Shown here: positions 26,475 to 39,256 of the stretch, in pieces | How positions within the stretch are numbered: position 1 is the stretch's first letter | Layout of the letters: every line of letters starts with the position of its first letter | Assembly: GCA_010093605.1 (NCBI GenBank) | Contig: MU004190.1 | Location: 310,001-374,000 of the forward strand | Origin: Lophium mytilinum | Lineage: Eukaryota | Direction of reading: 5' to 3' | Length of the DNA: 64,000 nucleotides | The notes under the pieces: model-generated | Told to the model about the DNA's origin: nothing | Seen by the model: the letters and a program-made list of their open reading frames with translations, nothing else | Database searches by the model: none | Made by a program: the position numbers and the translations under genes

Positions 26475-26545
26475 TTTATTTCTAACTTAGATCTGTATAA
26501 GGCCGGCCAAAGTTCCCCATCGCTTACCCCCCGATCGCGGTACGG
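26475..26545 (-). repeat. Right TIR of the large DNA transposon
   Basis: Inverted match to 7582-7652. Confidence 0.92.
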
Positions 26546-27559
26546 TGCGAGATCACTCTCGCAGCCACGTTTATTCCCGCGAACTGGAACCAGGAACTGT
26601 AGAAGCCTCGGCGATGCGATATCAACGTCCCATTTATGATAGCGGGAAGAGCTGCGATATCACGCCCCACCCGCACAACACCAACGCCCCTCCAAAGAGC
26701 CTTCCCGCCTTATCGAGGCGCACCCGCGTATCTCGGCGTTCGCGACGGATCCCGGGGGCGCGACGACCTAAGCGGACGCCGCTGACGCCGCGGACAACGA
26801 CACAAGCTCTCTGCCCCAGGTCTTGGGCTTGCCGAAAGCCGACCGCCAGCCTTGCGAAACGAACCTACTGACCACGGCGGAGATCACTCCTGTGGACAGC
26901 TACAGCCGCCTCCGCGAGGGGAGAGAGACGATGGCACGAGGGCCACAACCCGCGAGCAATACGTGGAGTACGTAAATAGTGGAAGAAGGTCAATTAAGGG
27001 CCTCAGCGGCGCAGGATCTGATTTGCGGGTGAGGCGCAAAGGCCGTGAGACTGGTGTCCGGGCGTAGCAGCTAGCCGTCGACAGCTCGAAGCAGCAGGTG
27101 GGAAGCGGGAACAGCGACACTACGTACAGTCTTGGGCGCGCGCAATTGGGTGAATAGCTGCGCGCGGTGATCATGGGATGCACACTATGCTCGCTTTTGG
27201 CTGGGACGGTTGGGGCTACGGATTGTGGAGTGGGTGCGGGTGGGCTGCTGCGATGCGACCAACCTACCCCCGGGGAGGTGAATGACGCGGGTGGGCTGCC
27301 GTGTTTATAGCATGCCGGGACCCTGAACTTTTTTTTTGTTGCCGAGAGACAGAGACGTTGTTTGCGATTTTGCAGATATTTTAGGATACAGGACACTTCT
27401 AGGCTTGAGCTACGATACGGTAGCTGTACTACGTGATACAGCTCTCTGATTCTTGGTGGGTGCTACCCTTGTGCGCTCCAATCGAGGCCCGGGCCTCTAT
27501 CGCATTGCGCCTGCTAACAGCTTCACCCCTCCGCAGACCTCGCGTTTGAAACCGCCGCC

Positions 27560-29414
27560 ATGTCTGAGAAAATCGAAACGGAAGCGCAGCAAGCCCGCGA
27601 CGAGTCGGACCGGTCGCCGTCCCCGCCGCGTCGCTACAGCTTGACCCAGACGGATAAGGGAAGATGGGAGCGCATGTGGCCCGTCATTGCTTGCGGCGCG
27701 GGGCTGTTCTCTGATGGCTATCTGAACGGCGTCATCGGCTCTGTTAACACTATGCTGAGCACCATCTACGCGGATGAGTATACCAAGTCCTCGGCGCAGC
27801 AGAATGTCTCGTCTATCACCTTTGCCGGTACCGTGCTGGGCATGTTGTTCTTTGGATATACGTCTGATCACTACTCCCGGAAATGGTCGCTATTCACGTA
27901 AGCTCCATGCAACCCGTATTGTTCTCCTAATTAACATAGGTAGGTCTACTATTATTATTCTATTATTCGCCGCACTAGGTGCTGGATCTTATGGCGCTGG
28001 GGGTAGTGTAGGTGGTCTGCTTGCAGCCCTGACCGCTTATCGTTTCTTCCTTGGAATCGGTATTGGAGGTTGGTTATGATCGCAGGCGCTCTCTTTGATA
28101 AAATGCTAATCCCAGCTTCAGGAGAATATCCAGCCGGCAGCGTTGGTTGTGCTGAGAGTACTGGCGAACTGAAAGCCGGAACCAGGAACAGGTGGTTCAT
28201 CATGTTCACAAATGTCCAGATCGATCTCGGGTTCGTGGTCGCCGCACTGGTGCCTATGATAACGGTAAGATTTGGGTCTCAAAATTTACAAGTTTCCCGT
28301 ACACTACTAAGACTCACAGGTCCTCGCGACTACGGAGAAGCACCTCCGAGTAGCATGGCGCATATGCCTTGGCCTGGGTGTCCTTCCGCCTCTTTCTCTG
28401 CTGTACCTCCGGATCAAGCTCCAGGAACCCGAGGCATTCAAGCGTGAGACTATGGCCAACACCAAGACTCCCTGGCTGCTCTGCATCAAATTTTACTGGA
28501 AGCGCCTCGCCATCGTATCCACGATCTGGTTCATCTACGACTTCTCGTCATACGCTTTTGGCATTTACTCGTCCTCTATCCTGGCTAATCTTCTCGGAAA
28601 AGACTACCCACTGTGGAAGAGTTTCGGCTGGAACGTTTTGCTCAACTTCTTCTATATGCCTGGGTGCATTGCTGGTGCCTTCATATCAGACAAGATTGGA
28701 CCGAAGTACACTCTAGCAGGAGGAGTTATTGCGCAGGCAATTGTGGGGTTCATCATGGCCGGATGCTATGCTCCCCTGAGCCAGCCAGGCAATATCGCAG
28801 GCTTCGTCATTGTCTACGGCATCTTCCTCGCTCTAGGTGAGCTGGGTCCCGGCGACAACATTGGCTTAGTGGCCAGCAAGACTAGCGCAACAAGTATCAG
28901 GTACGTATCCATCTTTTCGGTTATGTCAAAAGTCACAAACCTTGCTCTCGCTCCTTCATACTTTATGTCATATTCCCTGCCCTCTGGCATGCTCAGTGCC
29001 TTTCGGTTCCCAGTCCGTTTGTCCCTGGTCTGGTGCTGAAGCTTAAAAGCTACCACACGCACACAATCGCAAGGCTAATACAAGACGTGCTACAGAGGCC
29101 AGTACTACGGCATCGCGGCCGCTATGGGCAAAATCGGCGCGTTCGTTGGCAGCTACGTGTTCCCCGTCATCCAGAAGAACGCGCCCAACCCCACACGCAG
29201 AGGCCAGGACCCGTTCTTCGTCGCCAGTGCCATGGCTGTTTTCTCTGGCCTGATTGCCATCTTTCTGCTCCCGCATATTGGTCAGGACACGATCGAGGAG
29301 GAGGACATCAAGTTCCGGGCGTACCTCGATGAGCACGGCTACGACACCAGCCAGATGGGCGTCCACGCCCTGCTTGCCCCACCGAGCATTGCAGAGGAGC
29401 GGGAGGAGGTTTGA
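27560..29414 (+). CDS. GIT1: MFS transporter, glycerophosphodiester (glycerophosphoinositol) permease Git1-like; 5 exons
   Basis: GT-AG exons 27560-27897, 27944-28068, 28122-28264, 28320-28900, 29096-29414. Motifs [69 protein letters not shown]. Substrate is inferred from family resemblance. Confidence 0.88.
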
Positions 29415-30710
29415 GTGGTCGTCAAACGGGTTGCCGCACTGTGGGGCTGAGATCAGATGCATGAGCGATGCGAATGCTGCTGGGGCGATGCGGGGACGGG
29501 ATAGGGCTGTACCGTAAGCACTTAGTGTATTATGCAGCTGCACTCCGCGGCTGCTAAATGTGATCGAATATGTCATCACAGCTGCATGGCTAACGTGCAA
29601 GTGCGACGATTGGCGAGGCCTGGTTATGAGGCTTGTCCTGGGGGAACATGATGCGTTGTCGAAGTTGGAAAGCCAAGTGCCGGTGGACGTGACGAGAGAC
29701 ACATCCTTGCACATTATGTTTCGCCATTCGCTTAGGATGCCATGAGTCTTGCAATGCTAGGTCCAGGCCGTCGTGCTGTGAAATACACAATTAAACAGCA
29801 ATCCCTACGCTCATTTGCTCGCGCCCGGAAAATAGGCTCCTTTCAACCTCGCTTGCATCCTTATGGGGCGCCGTTAAGCCACAGCTTCCTAGATCATACA
29901 AGGATTCCTCCAGCCAATAGCGAGTCCAGAGTTGTCAGTCATGCGGTTTGGGTTTCAGGGGCCCATGGTGGCGGTTCGATCGGCTGCCCTGCGGTGAGCG
30001 GCGCCAGCATGCTACCCTTGGCCACGGCTATCGCGACCATCATGACAATCGCCGCCGGTTTTTCTTTTTCGAGTGTTCTCGTGTTTATGCTGGCTGCTCT
30101 AGCAAGGTTTCATGGATGATGGTGGCAGGCTGGCACGGCTGGAAACAGGGGCCCTGACTATCTTCCGCGGGAGCTATCACTTTAGCTTATTCTGCTTTTT
30201 TGCCCCTGCTCCCACGCCCCCGAAACGCTCTTTGACGCTCCTCCACGGAACCAGCGAGGGGAGCCAGGTAAGAGATGTGTTTGCTGTCCGTGCTAGCCTC
30301 TGGTGTTGGTCGTCATCACTTTCGTCGTTGTCCTTACGGGTGCTTGCTGATCCTGTGGGTTGCTCAATCTCGTGCATTCTACCTGCAATAAAATCCCTGG
30401 AATCCTTCTGGATGCCGCATCCACTTCAAACCGCCTTACTTGTCGAGTGTACTTAGCTCCGACGAAAGAGAGGCCGCACGGCATGTCGTGTGGGCTATGC
30501 CCAGCGGGCCGGTTTGGCAGCCGTTGACTTGGGACCACGCACTATGGAATCCTCCGTCTTCTGGCGGCGTCGAAGCTCAAACAGAGAAGCGTGGACGAAA
30601 GCAGGAACCAGGCGAGCCGATCGACCATGCTTGGACGACCCGCATTACTCGAGCGACGCCACAAGTGCCACAGCCTGCCAATTGAACGGTTGGAGTGAAG
30701 GCCCAAAGCA

Positions 30711-33700
30711 GGGCAATAGAATAGAATGCCAGTAGCTTGGCGCATTTCGTATTACAATGCCAGAAAACGCCACGTAGACGATAAAGGACCGAGGCCATGC
30801 TAATACAGGCCTAGAAGCTAGCTTCTAAGCTTAATTAAGCACACCCCCCGTCCTCCACCGTCCGTGAGGTGTTTTCTAGCATTGCATAACTATATACAGG
30901 CCTTAGCGTAGTATTAAACCTTAATTTTATAATATATATAATTGGCTACTACTAGCGCACCTCTATAGAACGTAAGGAAATTAATAAAATTAGCCTAGTA
31001 TACTCTAACTAAGGGAAAACAGCCTATAGGACTATAAAAATAGCCTATATTCTCTAGTATTAGCATCTAAATATATAGAAATAGATAAAAACTCTATTTC
31101 TCTATTAAAAATTATTTAATTTTAATTAAAATTAAATAGTTAGAAAGCCTCTATACTTATACCTACTACGCGCATTATGCTCTATTTCTCCGCAGATTCT
31201 ATACTTATTTCTAATAGTTGCCCTTCTATCTAAATAGCGGTTACTAAATTACTTTCTTTTATGCTATGCAGGGCCTAATTACTTCTTCTTTAGAGGTAGA
31301 AGAGAGGTAGAACTTAGTAGAAGGTTATTAACTCTTATAGGCTATATTATATAATATTCTAGTAAGCCCTCTATAAATATAGAGGTGTAGCTATTTCTCT
31401 ATATATAGGTTTTATATATATAGCTATAGTAGCTACCTATATACCTACCTATAATATAGATAATAGCTATTATATAGTAGTAAGAAAACTAGTAATTTTA
31501 GAACTCTCTATAGGTATATTTCTTTCTATTAAGCCTTATAATATATACTATAGTATTAAAGTAATACTATACTATAGCCGTGTAGTTATAGTAATTAAAT
31601 ACTATATACGTATTTATCTAGCAGTAATAGCCTAAGGCCTTATAGAGGTTACGCTTTAAAAGCTTCTACCTAAATAGTATAAAGAATAGAATATTACTCT
31701 ATACTTTACCCGGCGGCAGCCTTATAAGCTTAATAGAATAAGCCGTAGCTATAGTGTATCTCTTAGCGCGCATCTCTATTACGCGGCCCTATAGTAATAC
31801 TAAAAGGTGCAAAGTTAATAGCTCTTAGTTATTTCTAATTATTAAATTAAAGAACTTATTCGCGCCGCTTATAACGTAGCTAAAGCGTATAGTAATAATA
31901 TTCTTTATTACCTATTAGTATAAGTCTATAGCCTTAATATAGGCTGCGGCGGCAGGCCTAAAAAATATAATCTTAGCTATTAAGGCGTTAAATTTAACCT
32001 AGTTAGCGGTAAGGGTAAGCTTAAAGAAAAGCTTTAAGCAGGCAGTTCTATAGTACTTTCTAACGTTCTCTAATAGGTGCTAGATATAGTAGATACTATA
32101 GTAGTAAGAAAGAAGGCTATTAATAGTATTCTAGAGGCCTTTATTATAATTACTGCGAAAAAAATAGTATAAGTAGGTGGATTTTTAATAGATCTATTAA
32201 TAAGAATAGTGTAGTTATAGGGACTATAAAATTTAGTATAGGAATTAACTACGGCATTAAGGAGTATATAGAAGGAAATTAAGAGGTATAGATACTATTA
32301 TAAATAGGTGTATAGAAATTAAGAGGGGGCTATTATAATTTTTATTTATATCTATATATTATTTATTATAATAAAACCTTGCGTATAAACTATGTAATTT
32401 CTTACTAAAATTAACGCGTTTTAACTTAATATCCCCGCTATAAATAAATGCATAGATATCTACTTAAAAATTATTAATAAATAATAAAAATTAAACTTAT
32501 AAGTAGATAGTCTATACTCTAGCTGTATTAAGCTATAGTAGAGCTTTCTTTAGCTTTTTTATAAACTACGCCTATATCTTATTATTCTTGCTCTCTATAA
32601 TAGCCTAAGTAAGTAGATAGACCTTATTATTCTAGTTTCTTTCTATTATAATTAGTACTATATTCTTATATCTATTCCTTAGGTGTATTCTATTAAGGCT
32701 AAGCTAGTTAAGGCTAAAGATAAGAAAGGTTCTACTCTTCTTAGGGTATATAAAGACGCGCTGGAAGGCACTATAGTAGAGGACTAGATTAGTAGTAATA
32801 CTAGAATTCTTAACCTCTAGGTGCTTTAAGTACTCTAGAATCTTTATATAGTTATTCTCTATAAACCTCTTATTATTACCGCATATTATTAGGTGCGCCC
32901 GGCGCACCTAGAAGTTATTAATTAGGCCTTCTAGGTGCATAAAGGCTAGCGCCTAAATATTACCTATTAGCGTCTTGCGGGTAATAAAGCTAAGAAGAGA
33001 AAGATTCTCTACTAAGTATATTAATTACAACTACTTTATATACTTTAGAGGGGGCGCGCTAATATAGTAATACTTATTAGTAAGCTTTTAAACCTCTATA
33101 GTATTATTAACTTACTAAGTTATATAGAGACGCTATAGGTATAGTATAGTAGTACTATATTATAGGTTAATTTAAGTTTTATTACTTATAAGAATCTTAA
33201 TTCTCTATTCTTTCTCTATAGTAACCTTATAGTAGATCTTCTTAATCTTCTAGAAGGTACTATAGGCCTTACTAACTTAAGAAATACTAGAGAACTCTAT
33301 AGTAATAATAATAGAGAGAATAGAAAGTATAAAGCTTAATAGTAAGGCTATAGAATAATAGTAAGGCTATATAAGAGGCTATATAAGCTAGAAAGAATAA
33401 ATTAAGGCCTTTAAAAAGGCATAAGAAGGGCCTCTATATAGTAAGTTCTTATAGCTTTATAGTATTAAAATCTATTAATTTTTTATTACTTTTTTATTAC
33501 TAATATAGCGCAGAAAGATAGGTAGATAATTTCTTAGTGCAGCTACTATAAAATATAGTCTAGAGCTCTTCTAACTAGATAAGGCCTATAAAGCCGTTAA
33601 ATCTACTTCTCTATAGCTTTCTATAGCGTAGTAGCTTACCTATATTTTTAATAACTTAACCTATATATCTATTACCTATTTAGGTAGTTTAGGCGCTTAT

Positions 33701-34080
33701 TAAGCGCCTCTAGAAGGGCCTTAGAGGTGCCTATCTATTAGAAATACGTAGCTAGGAGCCTACTATATTTAAGGCTATATTAATAGGCTAGCAGCTTATA
33801 AGAATACTAGTAATATAACTAGTAGTATAATAAGCTATATATTATATATAAGCCTATATATAAGGGTAAGGCCTTAATACTATACTAAGGCCTATATATA
33901 GTTATATAATACTAGAAAATACCTTATAGATAGTAGAGGATAGGGGGTGTACTTAATTAAGCTTAGAAGCTAGCTTCTAGGCCTGTATTAGCATGGCCTC
34001 GGTCCTTTATCGTCTACGTGGCGTTTTCTGGCATTGTAATACGAAATGCGCCAAGCTACTGGCATTCTATTCTGTTGCCC
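30711..34080 (-). mobile_element. Mutator-like (MULE) DNA transposon M1, complete, RIP-inactivated
   Basis: ~207-bp TIRs (30711-30917, ~33874-34080) beginning GGGCAA; perfect 9-bp TSD CCCAAAGCA (30702-30710, 34081-34089). Long TIRs with a 9-bp TSD are typical of Mutator. Degraded ORF on the minus strand (ALAFMHLEG). Confidence 0.9.
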
Positions 34081-34702
34081 CCCAAAGCAAGGCCATCCAT
34101 CCCCAGAACAGCCCTCCAGGTTTCAACGCTGCTGCTCGAGCTCGTGCTGCAGCGACCATCCCAGCTGCATCCGAACGTCAACTAGGTAGCGAAGAATAGC
34201 GTAGCTCTGCGCATGTTCCACGCCGGCCTTTGACCCCAGGAATCCCACGGGCTACACCAGGAGCTCCCGGGCCATCAGCAATCCTGGACTGACCAACAAG
34301 GTAGATCGCCGCTCAAAACGACCTCCAGGCCCCTCCCGCTTCCACGCCTCCCTCTCTGTGTGACCATCACGGCAATTCCCCCATACACTTTTTCCTTTTC
34401 AGCGTTCGTCTCAGCCGGCAGTCTAGCATATTCCCCAGACCTGTTTCTCGCCAATACGTTCCCAGCTACGAATTGGTCCGTTACAAGCTGGGGCAGATCA
34501 TGCGCGGCGTACTCAGGCCTTGTCAAGCTAGAATAAAGCTTGCCTCTGACCCGCTGTCCCGACTTTGTTCGTCGCTTGAAAATCTGTCGTGTCCACTTTC
34601 TTCACATCAGTCTCTTTATCCTCGCCACTGATACTCCCCTGCCTTGGCTTCTCTCACCGTCCCTACGAGGGCTCTCCCTCCCGCCCGAATACTACCTCCG
34701 CC

Positions 34703-36241
34703 ATGTCCACATCAGAGTATATTCCCGTGTTCAACCGGTCAGAGACTATCTTGTCTACCACGCTTGTCTTTCTTGTGAGGCTGCACTCTTAGAACCTGCC
34801 GTTTTGCTTTGTTCTCTGACAGTACTAGGTTCTTGCGTGGATCGCAGTATCGCTTAGGCTATTCGTAAGACTGAGGACCCCGATTAGTCTGGGTTGGGAT
34901 GACCTCTTCGTTTGCCTTGCCATTGTATGCATCTTGAACCATTCGGAAGAACACTGCTCACTATGTCAGTCTTCGTGTACTGCTGGCTCAGTGATTGTTT
35001 GTCTCCGTAAGCTTTGAAATGAGCAGTAGTTTATGTTTCAATATGGACTGACAGTACTCTTTAGAGCCGGGCGCTAGTATGGGCAAGCACATGAAAACAT
35101 TACCAATCCACAAGCTGGAGGAATACTTCTCGGTATGCCGGTTTTCCCGATACCCACCTCTGCAACTCATATAGCCTGCTGACCTCCCTAGTACGTCTAT
35201 GCCGCAAACGTGACTTACTGCTCCTCAACAACCCTAATCAAGATCGCCATCCTTCAACAATACCTTCGCCTATTCGAAGGGGCTTCCAAACTCGTTCGAC
35301 GCGTTTGCTACGTTCTCATCGCACTCACGAGTGCCTGGGGCATTTCATTCTCTCTCGTCGCACTCCTCGGCTGCCATCCCATCCGCGCCAACTGGGAAGC
35401 CTTGTACTTCTCAGACTTGAAACTCAACGCCAAACACTGCATCGCATTCGGCTCCAAAGACCCCGGAACCATATTCCGCACCTTCGCCGGCCACGCCGCC
35501 TCAAACATGTTCCTCGACATCCTCGTCCTCCTAACCCCGGTTCCCTTCCTCAAAACGCTCAAAATGCAAGGCAAGACCCGATGGGGCATCATCGCTCTGT
35601 TCGCCATCGGCGCAATGTACGTGCACTCCATCCATACCTTTCAAAGCGTGTCCGTACTAATTCACCTCCCCAGCGTCACCCTCTTCAGCATCGGCCGCCT
35701 CGCCTCCCTCGCCAACAGCAGAGCCGGCACCTTCCCCGTCTTCGACGTAACCTGGTACGCGCCACCCATCTTCATCTTCTCCAGCCTCGAGGTCGAGGTC
35801 GCCATCCTCTGCGCCTCCATCCCCATCTTCTGGCCGCTCGTCGCCAGCCTCGCCTTCGGCAAGATCCTCGTCGTCAACGAGATCTCGGTGCACTCGGCGC
35901 CGCGGGACTCGATCTTGCTCGAGCTGGGGAGCCGCCGCCGCCGCGGCTCTGTGCACAGCGCCGGCGATGGAGACGTGAAGGCTGGCGGGTTCCTTTCAGC
36001 GCGGGGGAGGCGGCTAAGCGATGAGAGCGAGGGGAAGGGGGAGCTGTTGAAGCGGACCGAGAGCGAGGGTCAAGGGGAGCAGGAGAGGTATTATGCGGAT
36101 CGGTATGTGGCGGGGTTGGTGGCGCCGGATTGGGGGAATCGGGAGGGCGCGGGAAAGAAGAAGAAGAAGAAGGGGGCGTTCACTACGACGGTGGAGAGGG
36201 CGAAGACGCCGTATGATCATATCAATGCGCTGCAGGATTGA
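34703..36241 (+). CDS. PTH11-like / fungal rhodopsin-domain integral membrane protein, no CFEM seen
   Basis: ATG 34703. Exon 34829-34924 gives VLAWIAVSLRLFVRLR..LGWDDLFV; later TTLIKIAILQQYLRLF, CHPIRANW, NMFLDILVLLTPVP, SSLEVEVAILCASIP. About 6 exons; small internal exons approximate. Confidence 0.88.
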
Positions 36242-38269
36242 TGAGGCTGCTGGTGGAAATATGAATTTATAATCACAATATCTTGGACCTGAGTGTTGAT
36301 GAATGTGAAGTCATCAGAGGCGTATCAGCAAGCTACAGTGCTTACTCATCGTCTTGATATAACGCATCCCTCTCCATCAATCCCTCTATCAATCCCTCAA
36401 CACATCTCGCTCTCTCTCTCGTTACCATCACGTGCCCGTCACGTGCTCCACCCCCAATCCTCCCCTGTTCACATTTCCTACCCTTCATCATTCCTCCAAC
36501 ATCTCCCCATTCAACCCCCAATCCCATAAAAACTCACCTCTACATTCCGCGGCTCTCGCGCTTACCGACCCCTCTCCCTGGGTGGGAAGCTCGGTAGGAC
36601 GCAACACCCAAGACTCAGCATCCCTGCACCCGATTACTAGGGCCATCCCTCCCAACAACAGGGTTCCTGAATCCCCCGGCCGGCCCGCTTGCTCGGCAAA
36701 TGCTTTAATTTTCGGGACTTGGACGTGAATGGGAGTCGCTTGGGAGGGAATCAGGCCACTTTGGTGTGGGGGGCCTGGGGGGCGTCTGAATCAAGAGTTT
36801 TCGGGGGAGTGGCGCGGGCAGGGGGTGTTGGGTGGTGATATTTATGGGTTGTGCGCTTGATACGTATCTGTAGGTGTTATGTAGGTAGGTGCTTGGTTGT
36901 GTTTGTAGTGTGTGAGTTGGATGAAGGGATGGTGGGAGTTGCTGGGTGGGTGGTTGTGTGTGGTTTGGTGGGACTGTCGTGTCTGGATTTCTGGGGTCTA
37001 GCTTCTAAGGTTTCTGGGGAAAGGGTAAGTGGAAATAGCTTTCCGAGAGCTTGGACGGTGTTTGTGATGCAGGTGATGGGATGGGGGGATTTATCTGACG
37101 GGGATGAGGGAGGGAGGGCGAGGCGGTGGTGGGAATAGCGGTGCAGCGAATGGTGGATGGATGGGGCAAATGCTCCTATCGGTCTGGTGGGCAGCCACAT
37201 TAACGTTCTAGAAACCTATTAGCCCTTCTGGAGGGGTTCAGGAACAACGTCTTGTTCTAGAATACTCTCGTCTCTGTAGGGGGCAAAGCACTTGAAGAAT
37301 ACAAAGGGTGTTGCGTCCCCGTTGGGGTTATAGGCGCCTAAGACTCTTATCTTTGATGAATTCTCTTTTCTACGTTCAGCCGCGGATGAGGTTTTGTATC
37401 TCTTTCTCGTGGCTATCGAATCCTGCGGCGCTTCTGACGGCTGGCTTTCTATTCGAGAGTTTGTTGCAGTAGACACGAGCCAAGGCGCTCAAGGGTTCCT
37501 CGATCAGAGAAAGCGAATGCTTCGGTGAGTTCAACGTCGTGTTTGTGACAGTTGGGCATGGGGGGTTGTGGAATTGCTCTACAGCACCTTCTCACGTCCG
37601 GTGACCTAGCGTCAAAATCAAGTCACAGAATTACCGTGTGGGGTAACAATTCCGGACACCTTTAGAGGGGAACAACAGCTGCCTAGCCAATTAACCTTCG
37701 AGTAGGCTCACGATTAGCCCAGAAAGGAGGTTCACAGGGGTCGACTCAGTTTGCACGCTGTGTCATCGGACGTGGGAAGGTGCTGTAGTAAGCAGAAAGG
37801 AAGCTGCGATGAATTGAGCGGAAAACAAGCTGAAAAGTAAGCAAACAATAACTTGACGGCCTTGTCGAGCTATAGAGTAGAGCTGGGTGGAGTTCTCTTT
37901 CTGGCTACTCAGCGTATTAAGTTTCCTGCGATTAATGCCTGTAAATATCTTCACAGACTATAGTACGTACTTATCTACTCAGACGAAGCTAAAGAGATCT
38001 GTAAGATTAGAAGACAAGACCTACTGCGAGAAAGAATTGAAGAAGGAGATTGGCGAAGAGGAGAAGGACAACGAGCTATGAGGCGACTAAGAACTTCGCC
38101 AATCGCTCTGACTGCTACGCCACGGATCATTCACCGTCATGAATAGAGTATTCTCGAAATTCGGCACCCAGCCGACGGGCTCTGTATAAAATAAGGACGG
38201 CAACACACTTCTCTTCATCTTCCCTACTCCACACAACACCTCTTCCGCTTCTCCACACCAACAACCACC

Positions 38270-39256
38270 ATGTTGCTTCGCTGTGGCATCTCCACCCAAG
38301 ACGGTCAGCGTCAACCGACAGCGTCGCCCCTACTCAATCTCCCTGCCGAAATCCGCCAACAAATCCTTTTCGAGGTCCTCTCCCAGTCGATCACCATCAT
38401 CCTCGACAACACTACTATCATAGCAACTCGTCTCAAGCGCGTCTGTAGACTCCTTCGCGCGGATTTCGCGGAGATACTCCCTCTTTGGCTCCCCGAACCC
38501 ACTACCAAAGTCGTGATCAAAAGTCCCGAGGGCACCCGCCGGCTTGCAGACCTTCAGCGTCAATATACCGAACTCGCAGCCAGGTCCGGTCGTCAGTGGG
38601 GAGGCATCCAGACAATCCGAATGCAAGTCATCCGCAACATAGCCTGGCCCCAAAACCCAACCACGGAGATCAAAGCCGACCAATTGTTCACGCTCAATCC
38701 CCTTCAAGATCATGACTACGCGCTCCTTCCGGACACTGTGAACAAGATTATCGTGGATCTCACCATGCCTCCCAAGCCCTTGAGGTCTATCAAAGCATGG
38801 TGGCCTGACGCTTCACATTGCCGAGGCGCGCCACCTGAAGGCTTGGCGGAGTTCTGGTACAGCTTTACGTATGCCTTGTGCGGGAGCGATATGGTCGTCG
38901 CGACGGGCCTTTTCAACGTAGGGAACGGGCCAGCTTATTGCAACTACCATGGCACCTATGGTAGAGACGGGAAGAAACTAATGAGTATCGAGACGAAGGG
39001 GAGGTTCCCACCGAGCCACATCCAACCAATGCTATTCTCCAAACATGTTGATTGGCATCGCTTGTCCGTTGTAGAGATAAGGTTCGAGGACTACTTTAAG
39101 GAGTATAAGAGAAAGTTTCAGCCGCACATGCAGTGGTGGGAGGATATGAGAAAAGAACAATGGGAGGCTGATGAGAGGAAGAGGAAGGCCGAGTGGGAAG
39201 AGCAGGAGAAGCTCGAGAAGCCGAAGCGGAAGAAGAGGAAGACGGGTCGGAAGTAG
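38270..39256 (+). CDS. F-box-like family paralog 3, intronless, basic NLS-like C-terminus
   Basis: SPLLNLPAEIRQQIL...VCRLLRAD...WLPEPTTKVVIKS...LPDTVNKIIVDLTMP...EFWY; ends KPKRKKRKTGRK. TATA-like TATAAAAT at ~38185. Confidence 0.85.
   Translation: MLLRCGISTQDGQRQPTASPLLNLPAEIRQQILFEVLSQSITIILDNTTIIATRLKRVCRLLRADFAEILPLWLPEPTTKVVIKSPEGTRRLADLQRQYTELAARSGRQWGGIQTIRMQVIRNIAWPQNPTTEIKADQLFTLNPLQDHDYALLPDTVNKIIVDLTMPPKPLRSIKAWWPDASHCRGAPPEGLAEFWYSFTYALCGSDMVVATGLFNVGNGPAYCNYHGTYGRDGKKLMSIETKGRFPPSHIQPMLFSKHVDWHRLSVVEIRFEDYFKEYKRKFQPHMQWWEDMRKEQWEADERKRKAEWEEQEKLEKPKRKKRKTGRK

Larger units (their letters stand above)
7582..26545. mobile_element. Large TIR DNA transposon, CACTA/CMC-like, RIP-inactivated (~11.2 kb without the nested retrotransposon)
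   Basis: Left end CCGTACCGCGATTGGGGGGTACGCGACGGGGAACTTTGGCCGGCC is the near-perfect reverse complement of the right end GGCCGGCCAAAGTTCCCCATCGCTTACCCCCCGATCGCGGTACGG. TG flanks both ends (7580-7581, 26546-26547), and the TIRs coincide with the AT-block boundaries. Confidence 0.9.

Noticed and set aside
7582..26545. Starship-type element
   Set aside because: No tyrosine-recombinase captain recognisable at either end; long TIRs, a 2-bp TSD and DDE-like motifs point to a cut-and-paste transposon.
26545..27396. Short ORFs upstream of the GIT1-like gene
   Set aside because: No domain signal; consistent with GC-rich promoter or intergenic DNA.
30577..34199. Two ORFs with the identical N-terminus MASVLYRLRGVFWHCNTKCAK
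   Set aside because: Artefact of the two inverted TIRs of M1 reading outward.
37887..38081. Possible relic of a fourth paralog C-terminus (FTDYSTYL plus charged tail)
   Set aside because: Similarity is too short and low-complexity to support.
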